A stretch of DNA of 63,367 bases, filler included, from Craspedostauros australis (lineage: Eukaryota), in the NCBI GenBank assembly GCA_030167865.1. It is 10 parts of 10 records of this genome, joined end to end, with 100 filler letters (N's around TTAATTAATTAA, not from the genome) between each part and the next. Parts side by side here need not be neighbours in the genome. Positions count along the whole stretch, not along the records: positions 1 to 14,337 come from JALAGF010002760.1; 9 more parts are not named here. One strand, 5' to 3'. The position numbers and the translations under genes were made by a program. The notes under the pieces were generated by a model, which saw only the letters and a program-made list of their open reading frames with translations, had not been told where the DNA came from and did no database searches. Shown piece by piece: positions 1 through 12,095 of the stretch (position 1 is the stretch's first letter; each line of letters begins with the position of its first letter).

Positions 1-141
1 TCGCGTGACGATACTTGACCGACAGAGGTCGATAAAAACTGATGCCAACGCTTGTGAGGGAAGAAATCACATCGACTCGAAATTGCCGTTGGAGAAGGGA
101 TTTGAGACGAAGGCACGAGATGAGATCTCGACGAAAAGTGA

Positions 142-335
142 GAGTTGAGTTATGAACGGTCTTTTTGGGGCGTTCATAACTCAACTCCAGGATTTCATAA
201 TTTTTTCGATTGACGTTATACGNNNNNNNNNNNNNNNNNNNNNNNNNNNNNNNAAGGTATCTTGTGTTCATAATGGAGTGATCTGATTGGCTTAGAAGCC
301 GATATTATGAAATTATGAGCCACGCAAACACCTCC
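142..335. mobile_element. Right end of a TIR DNA transposon related to the element at 349-2559 (left end outside the window)
   Basis: 150-338 is a diverged direct copy of 2374-2562. It ends TTATGAAATTATGAGCCACGCAAACACCTCC followed by ACT (336-338), and contains a perfect 17-bp inverted repeat at 142-158/171-187. Confidence 0.75.
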
Positions 336-1162
336 ACTGGGCGACACTGGAGGTGGTTGTAAGGGTCATAATTTCATAACTGGTCAGCCTCGTTCACCCC
401 GATTTCAAGTCACGACCATCAGTCCCGTACACAAATCTGCCCCCAAGACTAAATCAGTGCCCGTCAATCCATTGGGTCCTTCCATGCATCACCATTTCTC
501 TCCACGACCATTTTCCTCGTATCACCCTGTTCAGGGTTGTCATGTCATCACTTGCGGATTGTTAAGATAAGCATGATGTACATCCTATTATATTGTGGAG
601 AGTATAGTATACTTCTCATACCATAGGATGAGTCACTGTGCTCCATTGTATTATATAATATTATGCTGCATAGTATTCGCAAGTGTTGCTGTTGCCGTAA
701 ACGTGGGCATGTAGGGATGCCACAAACAACACTGTGCTACTTGACACAACACACACAAGGGAGGAAGCACACAACAGAGCCCAATCGTCCACAACGTGAG
801 GAATCAACGCAACACCGAAGCTGTCATAACATCATGACCCACACTGTTAGATACCATCGCAGCCTGATATCGACCAACAACAACAGCATTAGTTCCATCC
901 ACAGTGAGCACAAGCCATGTGCTTGTGTCAAAAGATCTATCTAAAAATATCTAACCCTAGTGGACAACATGTCACATAGCTTGCTAAAATGTTGTGTTGT
1001 CCAATTCAATATCGGCAGGATGATACTCGACCTCGCTGAATGGGGCTGTATGCTGACACATCCACAGCTTCAGTTTCACACATCTCTTGCTGCTTCACAC
1101 ATTCACAAATACATGTGTCTTGCCCAAGTGCAGTTTTCAACTGCCATATACCAGATGGATGT

Positions 1163-1238
1163 GTATGTATGTATGTATGTATGTATGTATGTATGTATGT
1201 ATGTATGTATGTATGTATGTATGTATGTATGTATGTAT
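1163..1238 (+). repeat. (GTAT)19 microsatellite inside the transposon
   Basis: Direct inspection; it explains the YVCM/TYIH spurious ORFs. Confidence 0.97.
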
Positions 1239-1689
1239 TGCTCCTCACCATCCGCAGTTCATCTCCATACTATTCACTTTGCGTTGCCACTTTCCTGCTT
1301 CCCCTGTCTTCCTTTCTCTATTGGCTGTGCTGCTGGTGTCCACTCCTTCATTCATTGAACGTTCAACGTACCTATCCCAACCATCGCAGCATTCAGTGCA
1401 ATTGTTTGCTCATCAATCGTCTCATTGTCAATGCTTTGATGATACAAATGGCCATTGTAGCTTCCCACTTGCACCTTCTTTGCTTCTGGGCATCGTTGAT
1501 GCATTCCACATCTTCCTTTGCTTTCTTCTCAAGAGCCATCGCTTTGTATGTCAGGTTACAATTGTCATCCATAGTCCCTGTTTTGCGAGAGTGCTCTTCC
1601 ATTGCCTCAACTTCAGCCTCTGCCATGTCCATTGCTCCCTACGTCCTCCAAGATCTCTTCCGGCGTTCCAACAAAGGCAAATCCTACCA

Positions 1690-2133
1690 GAAATGGGTCT
1701 TCAATTCTGACTTGGAAGTCAGATGCTTCATTGCAATGGCAGTGACATTGATGTAGTCAAACTTACAACAGTGAATATATGATGGTTGTGGTGGCGCCGT
1801 GTCTCATGGATCGACGGGCAATGCTTCGATGCCGGGCTATAGCAGTTATGCCAATCAATCGAACGATGGCCGGGTAAGCCTGATGATGTCGTAGAACTCC
1901 ATGGAGTCACTATACTCTCAAATCAAAGACCTGAAAGATAATGCTTGATGATGGAAGATGCTTGAGCTGAGGTACCGACCCCTTCGCACACTTGTTGGCA
2001 TGGTGTTGAGGATGCAGTGTGCCACAGCACACATGAGGAGGCGCTGCTGTGCAGCAAGATGCTTGAGAATGACAAGGATGATGGAAATCAAGGCAGCCTG
2101 GTGCCGGCGATGATACTGGAGGGTGGACGTCAT
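1690..2133 (-). pseudogene. Decayed Harbinger-type transposase N-terminal/HTH region
   Basis: Read through stops: ...SFRSLI*EYSDSMEFYDIIRLTRPSFD*LA*LL*PG...DYINVTAIAMKHLTSK. This resembles the F..R.....F..L...L / AIAL..L region of HARBI1-like transposases. No DDE core follows, implying an internal deletion. Confidence 0.6.
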
Positions 2134-3360
2134 GATGGTAGGGGAAGATATGATCCGCTAGAGTTCATCAGATGATAAATGCAGAGTTACACTAGGTGCA
2201 TGTAAAGAAGGAATTGAACTGCAACAGAGAGTTGCAATGCAACGGGTGGCAACGAATAATCAACTTGCAGTAGAGCACATCGGATCAATCTGGTGTGAGC
2301 ACAAAGTTTTGCTCCGATGCAGCCGTTGAGAACGAATTTTGGACTACCACGACTCGTCAGAGAGATTATGAAATTATGAACGGTCTCCGAGGAGCGTTCA
2401 TATTCGCGGACAATGAGTTCATAATTATTTCGATTGACGTTATGTGGACGTTGACCCCCATTTCAATGAGGAGCCGAAAGGTATCTTGTGCCCTAAATGA
2501 AGCGATATGATTGGCTGAGAGGCCCAGATTATGAAATTATGACCCTTACAACCACCTCCACTGGCGGGTGTTGGAGTCGGGAGTACTGTGCGAGTATGCT
2601 GAGGTGAGTGGCAAAACTTCTCCATCAGCACTCACCTGGTTGGCCAATCCAGGGAGCCAGCGCGGATCCACCACTTCCCAATTTGTGGCATGAACTTCAC
2701 TTTGAATGTTCAACGAACAAGGGTATTTTGTCATCTCACGACTCCAACATAGTCGCGGGCCGGACAAAGTATCAATCTGTGCCAACCTCCCTAAGTGATA
2801 GTGGTGTCAACGGCGAACTCGGGACCAACAGTGAATATCACCGACGACGAAGCTCGCGCCCTACAAGTTCTCGCATGAAGAGTGAGAAGAATGACATTCG
2901 CGTCGACTGCGAAAAGGCGATGCAAATCAACTTTGTGGCCACCAATTCGAGTGTGGGAGTGCTCTCTCGCACGCACCAAATGCATGGTAATGCGCAACCA
3001 AGACCACCCTTTCAGAAACGTGGCGCATTGCTGCGCCGCTGCTGGCGACAGGACATCACGATGCCGTGACGCAAGAGGATGATGACATCCCTGAGAGAAA
3101 CGGATGCAAAGAGCGAAAGCAACAGGGATGACAAAGAAGACAACAGCAACCACGGTAGATCAGAAGCGATAGCCATACACTCACCCCACAAATTCCCGCA
3201 CTTCTGTCAGTCGTCGTCATAACAACACATCACATCCTTCACAAGTTGGACGTGCACAATCACATTTCTCCGCTCGACCCGCACACGCTTGCACCTTCAC
3301 ATACTCGCGACAACAACAACAACAGCAACAGTCAATCTCTCTACGTAAACGCAGCCCACT

Positions 3361-6300
3361 ATGTTTCGCTGGGTGTCGTCTGCCACGAAGAAGCATCTTC
3401 GGTTTGGAAGCACCCAACGTGACGATGATGCCATGCATCTTGGAGACGAAGGCATGTTGATGTCCGAAGTCCACGGCGTTGATGCGTCCGCATCATCCTA
3501 CTCCGAAGAACTCCATCATCATGATCCGCGGCAACATCAGCAACATGTACAACGACAGCAACGACAGTTGCAGCAGCGCCAAGGCAGCAACAGACGAGGT
3601 CCGCGGCGGGAATGCAGCAGCCAGAGACTTTCGCTAGACGGCGACTCTCTCTGCAGCGAGGAAGATGAAGAGCAGATGATCCAGCGACGCATGATCGGCA
3701 GCGTGGTGATGGGCAGCGAGGCGGAGCCAGTGTCTCGCAATTCCGCCGATGAGAGATCCCTCGGCTCCACTTCTGGCCACATTGGACAGAATTCTGAGCG
3801 CAAGGCATTGTCCTTTCGAAGGGCCAAGAAGCGAAAGTCACCATTCTCCCTCAAACGACAATCGTCGTCCAAAGTGGACAGCGACGACCTGCGTTACGCC
3901 AACTCCGAGGACGGCCATGAAAGCCTCGCATCAAGGGAAACCCTCGATGATCGTGACTCCGGATGCCAAACCGGGAAAGGCAGACTGCGGCACGCGTCGT
4001 CCACCTTCCTTTCCAACCTCCTGCGACAGTTCATGGGAGTGATGTTTGTGTACATCGCCATCGGAGCGCCTTTCGCAATCTTCACTTTGACGCACGCATA
4101 CCAACGTCATCAGATGGAGGTGGCGTTTGAAACCTTGGTGGACAAGGTGGGATCCTCCACGAGGGAGCAGGTCGCAACGCTGTTCAAGGCGCTTGACGGC
4201 CTCAGCATCACCGCCACGACGAACGGGATGCCAGCCTACAAGAACCAATCAGCTTGGCCGTACATCACCGTCGATGACTTCGATCTGCATGGCTACGTGG
4301 GCCTGCAGCTCAGCAACTCGCTCCTCCTGTCCTACATGCCTCTGCTGAATGGCACTGAACAACGCAACGTATGGGAGCAGAGCTACATCTACGAGGAGGG
4401 ATCGTGGTTGACACAAGCTTTCGAACGATCCGATCTGTCCACAACCCCGGGCGATTCTGGCGATAGCGGCACCAACGCAACTGCGTCCAACCAATCGGCA
4501 ACCCCCGCTCCTTCGTTGCCATTCCAGATTCCTTTCCTTTGGACCATCGACGATGATTCCAACGTCGCTGCAGTGCAGCAAAGTGAAAGCGGGCAGTACC
4601 TGCCAATGTGGCAGTACGTCCCGCTCAACGACTGGCTTGCCAATCTCGATCTTCTGGACCATCCCGACACGAGAGATCTGATGCAGAGAGTCCTGCAAAC
4701 GGGGAATGCAGTTCTGGGTCACATCGACGAACCGAGCATCCTGCCGGAATCCGAGAAGGAGGGATACGTCGCCCTCTATAACGGCCTGTTTTACTCTCGG
4801 TACAACGCCACCTACACTGACGAACCGACCTCGTGGGTCGGGTATCCCATATTCGACTCATTTCCGACCAACGCAGAAGACGATGATGTCGACGCTGCGC
4901 ACAGCGACCGGCCCAAGACACAGCGCAGGATGGTCGGGGTTCTGGCAGCTATCATTTCGTGGGAACACTATCTGAAGCGCATCCTACCTATGTCAGTAGA
5001 GAAGAGCGTCATGGTCGTTCTGCAAAATGAATGCAACATCGACCCCAAGACGAACGAATTGATGTCGTACTCCTTCGCGCTGAATGGAGGGCAAGCTGAC
5101 TACGTTGGTGTTGGCGATCACCATGACCGTGCGTACGAGTACCTGCGCAGGACGATATTAACCAGGGGCTGCCGCAAATCCACGCCGGGCTTCACGCAAG
5201 GCACAATCTGTTCAAGAAGTACCGGCGACCACTCCACGCTCCAGGCGCCAAGCATCGATATTGGCTTTTGTCCCTACATTATGCATATCTATCCAACCGA
5301 CCAACTGCAGAATCACTACATCACAAACGAGCCAGTGTACTATGCATTCGGTTTCCTTCTCTTCTGCGTCATCTTCTTCTCCTGCCTCAACAGCTACGAT
5401 TGGGCGATCCGGTGGAAGGTCCAGCAGATCTGGGACGACTCCCAAACGAACCAGGAGGTCATTTCGAAGCTCTTTCCGGAACAATTCCGAAAGCAATTGA
5501 TGCAACGCGGGTACCTGCGAAGGACCAAGCGCGTGATGGCGCCCCTCATGCGGAACATGCACAACACCAGCTTTGATGATGACAGCATCGGCGCGATGTC
5601 TTGCGACGTGGAAGGACTGGCATCTAGCAAAGGCACCGATGGTTACCAACAGAATCAGCCGCTGAATCCCAGGAATCAGCTTCGCGGTCTGAAGAGCCAG
5701 CGACAGCTTCGCCACAAGGCATCGAACCAGGATCTTCGCGCGAGCGGGGATGGGAAGGGCAAGTCCAGAGTAGGCGCTCGTGATGAAGAATATATGAAGG
5801 TGCTGCTGAACGAAACGCCGATTGCCGACCTCTTCCTAAGGTGCACCGTTTGCTTTGCGGACATATCCGGATTCAGTGCTTGGAGCTCTGAGCGGGATCC
5901 AGAACATGTGAGTTGCTATGGACGCGGAAGGCGTGTCCCTTTCATGATTGATCCATGACGATAGTGATGATGCTGATTGTTCTGATGATGACAATGGTAG
6001 CGCGAGACTTGCAATAGCACGATCGTGCAGATACAACCGCCACATACATGTGAAAGGAAGGGAGGAAGGAAAGACTCTACTCCGCTCTCGAAGTACTCGT
6101 AATCTGCGCTACTCTACTCTCTCACACACAATCAATCTCGCCGTTTGTTTCGCCTAACCCGTCCATCCTTACGATGTTGTGCCGCACACCCTCGTATGAT
6201 TGCCAACAACACACCGGGATTGTACGGTACTCGTGCGTATGCACATATGATCTGCTCGTCTTGATCAGGTCTTCACGTTGCTCGAATGCGTATTCCAAAC

Positions 6301-7285
6301 CATGGATGCGATCGCGAGAAAGCGCGGCGTGTTCAAAGTGGAAACAATCTCCGACTCTTACATGGCCGTGACCGGTCTTCCAGATCCACAGTTCGACCAT
6401 GCCGTGCGAATGTGCAGATTCGCCCGCGATTGCATGACGCAGGTTCGTGCACAGACACGGATGTTGGAAAGCCGCTTGGGTCCTGACACAGGCGATCTGC
6501 AGTTGCGCGTCGGCATGCACAGCGGTCAGGTGACGGCCGGTGTGCTGAGAGGTGAAAAGACGAGATTCCAGCTGTTCGGTGACACGGTGAACACAGCAGC
6601 ACGTATGGAATCAACATCGCACAAGAACCGCATCCAAGTGTCAGAGGCGACCGCAGCATTACTGAGGGATGCCTGCAAGTCGCATTGGCTGACAGAACGT
6701 GAGGACGAGGTCCACGCAAAAGGAAAGGGGCTGATGAAGACGTTCTGGTTGGCGTCCGCGACATCGTCGAGAAAGATCTACGCCAATCGCTCGGACGACA
6801 AGGACTCCAAAAGAAGTAGCGCAAACACCGACGCTGCTGAAAGAGACGATGTTGTGGATGAGATTTCCTCCACCAGTCAAACATCCAATCCATCGGATTC
6901 CGATGTGCACAGCACTCATGAAAGCAGTTACCATAGTGGTGGTGTAGGCGCCAGCAACACTGACACAAGCACCACTGGCGTGGACAGCAATGGCATGGCC
7001 AGAAATGGCGCACATGTAGCTGACGACATTGTGCATCAGGCCAGCCTGGCCACAGCAAAAGAAGGGCAGACCAGCCGTCCCGATGTTGGCGATACTCGCA
7101 GATCGCAAGGTCGACCTTGGCTCCAAGACGAGAATCAATGCTCACAACAGCAGCAGCAGCAACTACAACAACAAAATGACCTTGGCGACCATGAAATACG
7201 AACAACATTCCACAACAGCACAATGAGCCAAAGCAATGATGACAGCTGCAGTTTTGGCCACTTCCAGCCCTCCTCATCTCTGTGA
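3361..7285 (+). CDS. Receptor-type class III adenylate/guanylate cyclase (TM - extracellular CHASE-like sensor - TM - cyclase), 2 exons
   Basis: Exons 3361-5907 and 6269-7285 (GTGAGT donor at 5908, CAG acceptor ending 6268, in frame). Motifs FADISGFSAWSS, KVETISDSY, RVGMHSG, RFQLFGDTVNTAARMES, KGKG. Two hydrophobic helices flank a ~400-aa extracellular domain. Confidence 0.92.
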
Positions 7286-7513
7286 AGCATGAAGCAGAAC
7301 CACTTCATCAATTGGCTGACTGACATGCTGGGCATCCATCTTCACCAGATCCTTGCTGCCTGCTTGAACAAGGCAAGGATGTCAGCCAGCACGGAACTGC
7401 ATGCACCACTGGATCCAGATGTGTGGCCTGAAGCCAACTTGCACAGGAGTGTTAAGAAATCCACTTGGCGTAAATTGAGAGTCCTTGTTTCACACAAATT
7501 GTGCTTTATTTTG

Positions 7514-7599
7514 TTGTTGTTGTTGTTGTTCTCGTTTGTTGTTCTCGTTTGTTGTTCTCGTTTGTTGTTCTCGTTTGTTGTTCTCGTTTGTTGTTCTCG
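7514..7599 (+). repeat. 13-bp tandem repeat (TTGTTGTTCTCGT), about 6 copies
   Basis: Direct inspection. Confidence 0.9.
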
Positions 7600-7810
7600 A
7601 TGGCAGATTATGAGACCAAGATTTCCATCTTGTCACACAATTTCCATCTCCATTTTTGTATTCATACACTGTTCCACTTATACAATTCTCTTCACCTAGT
7701 GTGCCACTGACATGCAGCTGTTCTTCACACAGTTTCATAGTATCTGTGATTCCCAACATGTAATACGCGTTGCATGAAACCACACCACCTCCGTCCATCT
7801 CTCTGTGTTC

Positions 7811-9617
7811 TCACGGAATGAGATTGATGAACTCTTCGAATGTGAGCTTGCGAGAAAGGTATCTCGTGGGCTGCTCATTTCCGTTCATGGTGCAATGAAT
7901 GTTGGGGAGAAAGACAACGACATAGTGAATGTGTGTGTCAATATTCTGAATAGTCTTGTTGGCACTGCGGACAGTCACCAAAGGGAAATCTTGGTGATCT
8001 CCTTGAACTCCCACTCAACACAGATGCATCCCAATGCTATGTCTGCATTACACTGCACCTCTGGCAATTTGGGATACACAGGATCACCGTATAGACAGAA
8101 AGGTGGATTGTTGTCATCCATGGGCATCAACGCTTCAAGGTCCTCCTCCATACGGCTTTTGGAGAACATGTATCCGTCACCATGTCTACCTGTAATCAAC
8201 CCAAAGTAGTGGATGAGCAAGCCATCTGGCACGATGATGCCCTGATGGTGGAAGCCATGCCTGTGTTTGCAACCAGAGTATAGGTCACTTTGATTCTCTG
8301 TGGGATGACACATTTTCCAGAAAGTACCATCAATGTATGTCAGGAATCGAGGGTGCAACTATGTCGTGTTATCCTAGATTGCCGCACCTCCCATAATACC
8401 AAAAATAGACTGACCGATCTACCAAAGTCGGACACACTCCCAAGTCGATTGTGGACCTCCTCCTCTGTGTGTCAAGAGTATGACGGATGAAGGACAGACT
8501 AATGATGTGACATGTTTTGAGGGGATTGACGAACTAGCATGGCGAATGATGGATGTGAAAGGGAGACTGGAACACCGAAGTGTTCCAAGCATGAGTGTAA
8601 ACCGGTTGACCTGAAACATCTATGCGCAAGCGCTATCACAGTTGAGTCGCTCGGAACCCAGAACATGATTACGTGACTGACAGAGAACCAGCAAAGGAGA
8701 ACAAAGCGCGGACTGGAACAACATCGAAGGACTGGACTGATCGTGCCAGAACTCCATGTTCTGACCAAGTGTGATTGTCGGTGAACATGTGAGAAGAGTG
8801 AGTGAACAACACGGAAGAGTGTACTGAATGAATGATGGATGCCTGATGAGAAGAAGAGTGAATCGAGCATCGGCATGCATGCATCCCAAGGAGTGTAGAT
8901 GGATACCTCAACAGACCAGCATGGTGAAATGCACCTGTCATGAGCAATAAGCTGTGCATGATGGAGAGAGTTTGCAATGATGATTGTGAGGGGCAACTAC
9001 AAGAGGCCATCAGCATCATGGACAAACGAGTCAAGGATTTGAGAAATGAATGTGTTGTTCTCACAGTTCTAAAACGGTACAGTTTGATAAACATTAAACT
9101 ACAGTATCTATACCCCGGATTTCCAACAAATGTAAGTGAACACATCATCTACCAAGCTGTGGGTGAGATGCTGGTTATTCTGTGCATATTGAGGGAAACA
9201 AGGATGGAACAAACCAATATTGCCCAGGCATGGCCTGGAGATGGTGTAGAAGAAAGTGTAGAAAGTATGGAGAATGTTGGATATGCAGATGCTGTCCATG
9301 CTGAATCTATCCTCCATGTCGCCCAATCGTTCACGATGCACAAGATGGCGCAGCATCACAAGCAATCCCATTTCGTACGATAGGGTGTATCTGTTCTTCA
9401 CTTGAATGCAAGCAGGGTCATTCTCACCGGACACTGCCTGGAACTTTGGCCAGAGATGTTTGGCCAAGCATTGCAGGTAGCATTCTTGGAAGCGGAAACA
9501 TGGCACGGATTCAGTGTACACCAATTCTGCAATGGCGATGTTTCGATGGGTGTACAGAGGAGGAGGACCCAACGGACCAAGATAGAGCTGCCGCATCTCC
9601 AGCACATGGCAGCCCAA
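7811..9617 (-). pseudogene. Decayed Harbinger/ISL2EU-like DDE transposase (DDE_Tnp_4), split by a solo LTR
   Basis: N-part FRF...GLLVMLRHL...RLGDMEDRF (9617-9135). Catalytic part YIDGT..CHP..NQ..YSG.K..HG..Q.I..PDG...G...GRH.D...LYGDPVYP...VEWEF (8337-7975). Frameshifted tail to 7811. Confidence 0.85.
8338..9128. mobile_element. Probable solo LTR (791 bp) inserted in the transposase
   Basis: Termini TGTCAGGAATC...GATTTCCAACA (TG..CA, imperfect short IR), flanked by direct repeat AATGTA (8332-8337, 9129-9134). Excision restores ...DVFTYIDGT... Confidence 0.8.
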
Positions 9618-10910
9618 TGCAACGATGTTGCTGTAGTGCTACAGAAGAATGGTGCCGGCATAATCCAGACCCTGCATATATTCTGCAAAAGCTTGGTGAC
9701 AGCCTTCACAAATCTACAATGGGCTTGCTCCATAGCCTACCTCTCAGGGAGAGTGTTCCAAGAATCTAGAACCATGGGCATGATTTGGAAATTAGCTAGT
9801 GCACAGAGAATGAGTGAGCATGTAATGGCAAGATGAAGGTAGAAGAATTGTGGGCAAGTTCTGCTCACAGATACTCTTGCAACTGCTGAAGATGGTGTTG
9901 GTTGTTTACAATTCTGTTTGCTATTTCATTACGTTGTCACTCCGATGCTCTTGGTCTCTTCTGTTGATGTGCCTTTCTATGAGTTGACATGCGAGATGCT
10001 CTCTTGCTGTTGCTTCTATTCTCTCTCAACGTTGAGTGTTTGTACCATGCAATATTCTGTACTTGATATGTACTCCATATTTGAAACATACTCTGTCATC
10101 TCGTCCTCTACTGGCTCACTACTCCACACGTAATCATCAATGTCTTGTCTGAACTCTTCCTTGTATATCCATGATCTTGATGTCTCTTGGTCTTTGAATC
10201 TTCACCTTCTTGATCTGATGTGGAGACAGATGTCAATGTGGTGACACGATGACATCCTGTTGATGTCAGCTGTCACCTTCCACAGACCTTCAGATTCCAT
10301 ATTCCATTGATGATGCAGTGGTCTGGCGAGGATATCGTCATTTGAGGTTTAGTTGGGAAACGCATCGAGCCTTTCTTGATACCATACATTTCAGTTGGTT
10401 GATGGATGGACGGGATTCCTGATACTCTCAGAAATCATTGTTTACAAATTTCCTTCCGAAATGCTGATTGTTTTTGTGTGTCCGATTTCGCGATGTGATT
10501 TCGATCAATCACAGATCACTCACGACACGAATGTAGTTGTACTGTCCGTACATGAGTATAAGAGGATAACGGGTGAACGATGCACATACACATATGCACA
10601 TCCTGACAAAGAATGGAGCTAACAGAAAGTGTAGACCCAAGTCTAGCAGGGAGGAAACCCATCATGCAGCAATGAAAACTGGAAGGAGATGATGTGTTGA
10701 CATGGACGCCACCAAAATGTGATGTTCTTGAGGAGTCGAAGCGAACATGTCGCATTAGATACCTTAGTCATGGCACAGACTCAATATTGCTCGAGTTAAT
10801 CCAAACAGGATTCTGCCACGAAACAGTGCTGTGCAGTTTCACTACTTGAGAGTCAATGGGAACTGTGACATGACACAGGACCCGAGGGAGCTGAATGCGG
10901 AAGCCCCCTT

Positions 10911-11862
10911 TTGTTGGTGACAACAGGGAGGACCAGCGGGAGAGAAGAAAAGATCATTAGATGGAATTCGTGTACGTCTCGTAGACGAACCGAAGAAGGC
11001 CTTGTGGACTGCCGGCTTCAGATGAAGACCGATTGATGCAGTTCACTGGGCTTAAACGCCGTTGGCTATTAGAAATTGTAATGATGAATAGAGTAGTAGT
11101 GTTGTACTATTCTGAACTTGTGTATTATGGGTTAGTGTCGTCGTAGGCAGGATGAAGAAACGATGTTCAATGTATTGACACGGCTCTGCACTGATCCTCA
11201 TGGTTCAGTGCTGAGAAGAGACTGCACTTTCCCTCAATCCTTCTCCTCTTGATTGCTGATGACGTCATGCAGATGGTCTTGTGGGTTCAGCAGTGGTTGA
11301 AGCGATAGGAGCAATGCAGCAGGTGTCAGCGGCTTGGACTTGCGTCAGGATTTCATTGCTGAGGTTGAAGCAGCTTGGATTGTCCACGACAGAGCCGGCA
11401 TAGTCAGCGGATGTCGTGGCAGTGGAAAGGAATCCAGGTGAAGCCCATCTGACAGGATCTGGGGAGCCTATAGTTCCCACGTATGTTGATTGGTTAGATG
11501 AACCGTAGCATGGGAACCGGGAATGGTTCGTGACAGAAAAGAGGGGGGACAAGGAAATGTCTTTCCGTTGTCGGGTTTGGGCAATTGCGCGCCAACAGCA
11601 ATTTCAAGAAATGACACGGGACACTCTAAGAAGGAAAGAAGTCGGTTCTTGGTTGAACTGCAACTGTCATCGTTGGTCACAACGGGACCAGTGAGAGAGA
11701 AGAAAATGTCATTGTCTGGCCGACGTCAGTTTGGCACAGCTGTGTCTGGCTTCTCCACAACAGCAGAATGACCTCATGAATTCTCTGTGTCTCCATCTGG
11801 CACAGACTCTCACAGAAAAGAGTTATCGTTGGTCGCAACGGGACCAGTGGGAGAGAAGAAAA
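10911..11862 (+). repeat. Dispersed ~38-bp direct repeat, 3 copies
   Basis: ATCGTTGGTC(A/G)CAACGGGACCAGTG(A/G)GAGAGAAGAAAA at 11669-11706 and 11825-11862; diverged copy at 10911-10951. Confidence 0.8.
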
Positions 11863-12095
11863 GAGTAATCATGTCTTGCGTTATCCCGACTTTCGTGATC
11901 TGCTGGCTGCAACAGTGCGCCGCTTCCTCCAGCCACCTCTCTGTCGCCCACACATTCCGGAAATCATTCACATTCTCCACACCATCTCATAAATCGAACA
12001 ACAAGAAAAACAAGAGCAAGATCATCCCCACAATCTCGACAACGACAACGACCACGACCACGACCACGACCACGATAATAACGACCACGATAACA

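Larger units (their letters stand above)
349..2559 (-). mobile_element. Non-autonomous PIF/Harbinger-related (PHIS, Pangu-like) DNA transposon
   Basis: Perfect 31-bp TIRs GGAGGTGGTTGTAAGGGTCATAATTTCATAA (349-379 and reverse complement 2529-2559). 3-bp TSD ACT at 346-348 and 2560-2562. Decayed transposase N-terminus inside. Confidence 0.85.

Noticed and set aside
960..1756. ORFs with YVCM/TYIH repeats
   Set aside because: Translations of the (GTAT)n microsatellite inside a dead transposon.
345..2563. hAT or Transib assignment from apparent CAGTG/CACTG termini
   Set aside because: Moving the ends inward by 4 bp gives perfect TIRs plus an exact ACT TSD, and the internal remnant is Harbinger-like.
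7603..11903. TIRs for the second Harbinger-like element (GCAGATTATGA / TCGTGATCTGC)
   Set aside because: Only 9/11 match and there is no consistent TSD; boundaries left undefined.
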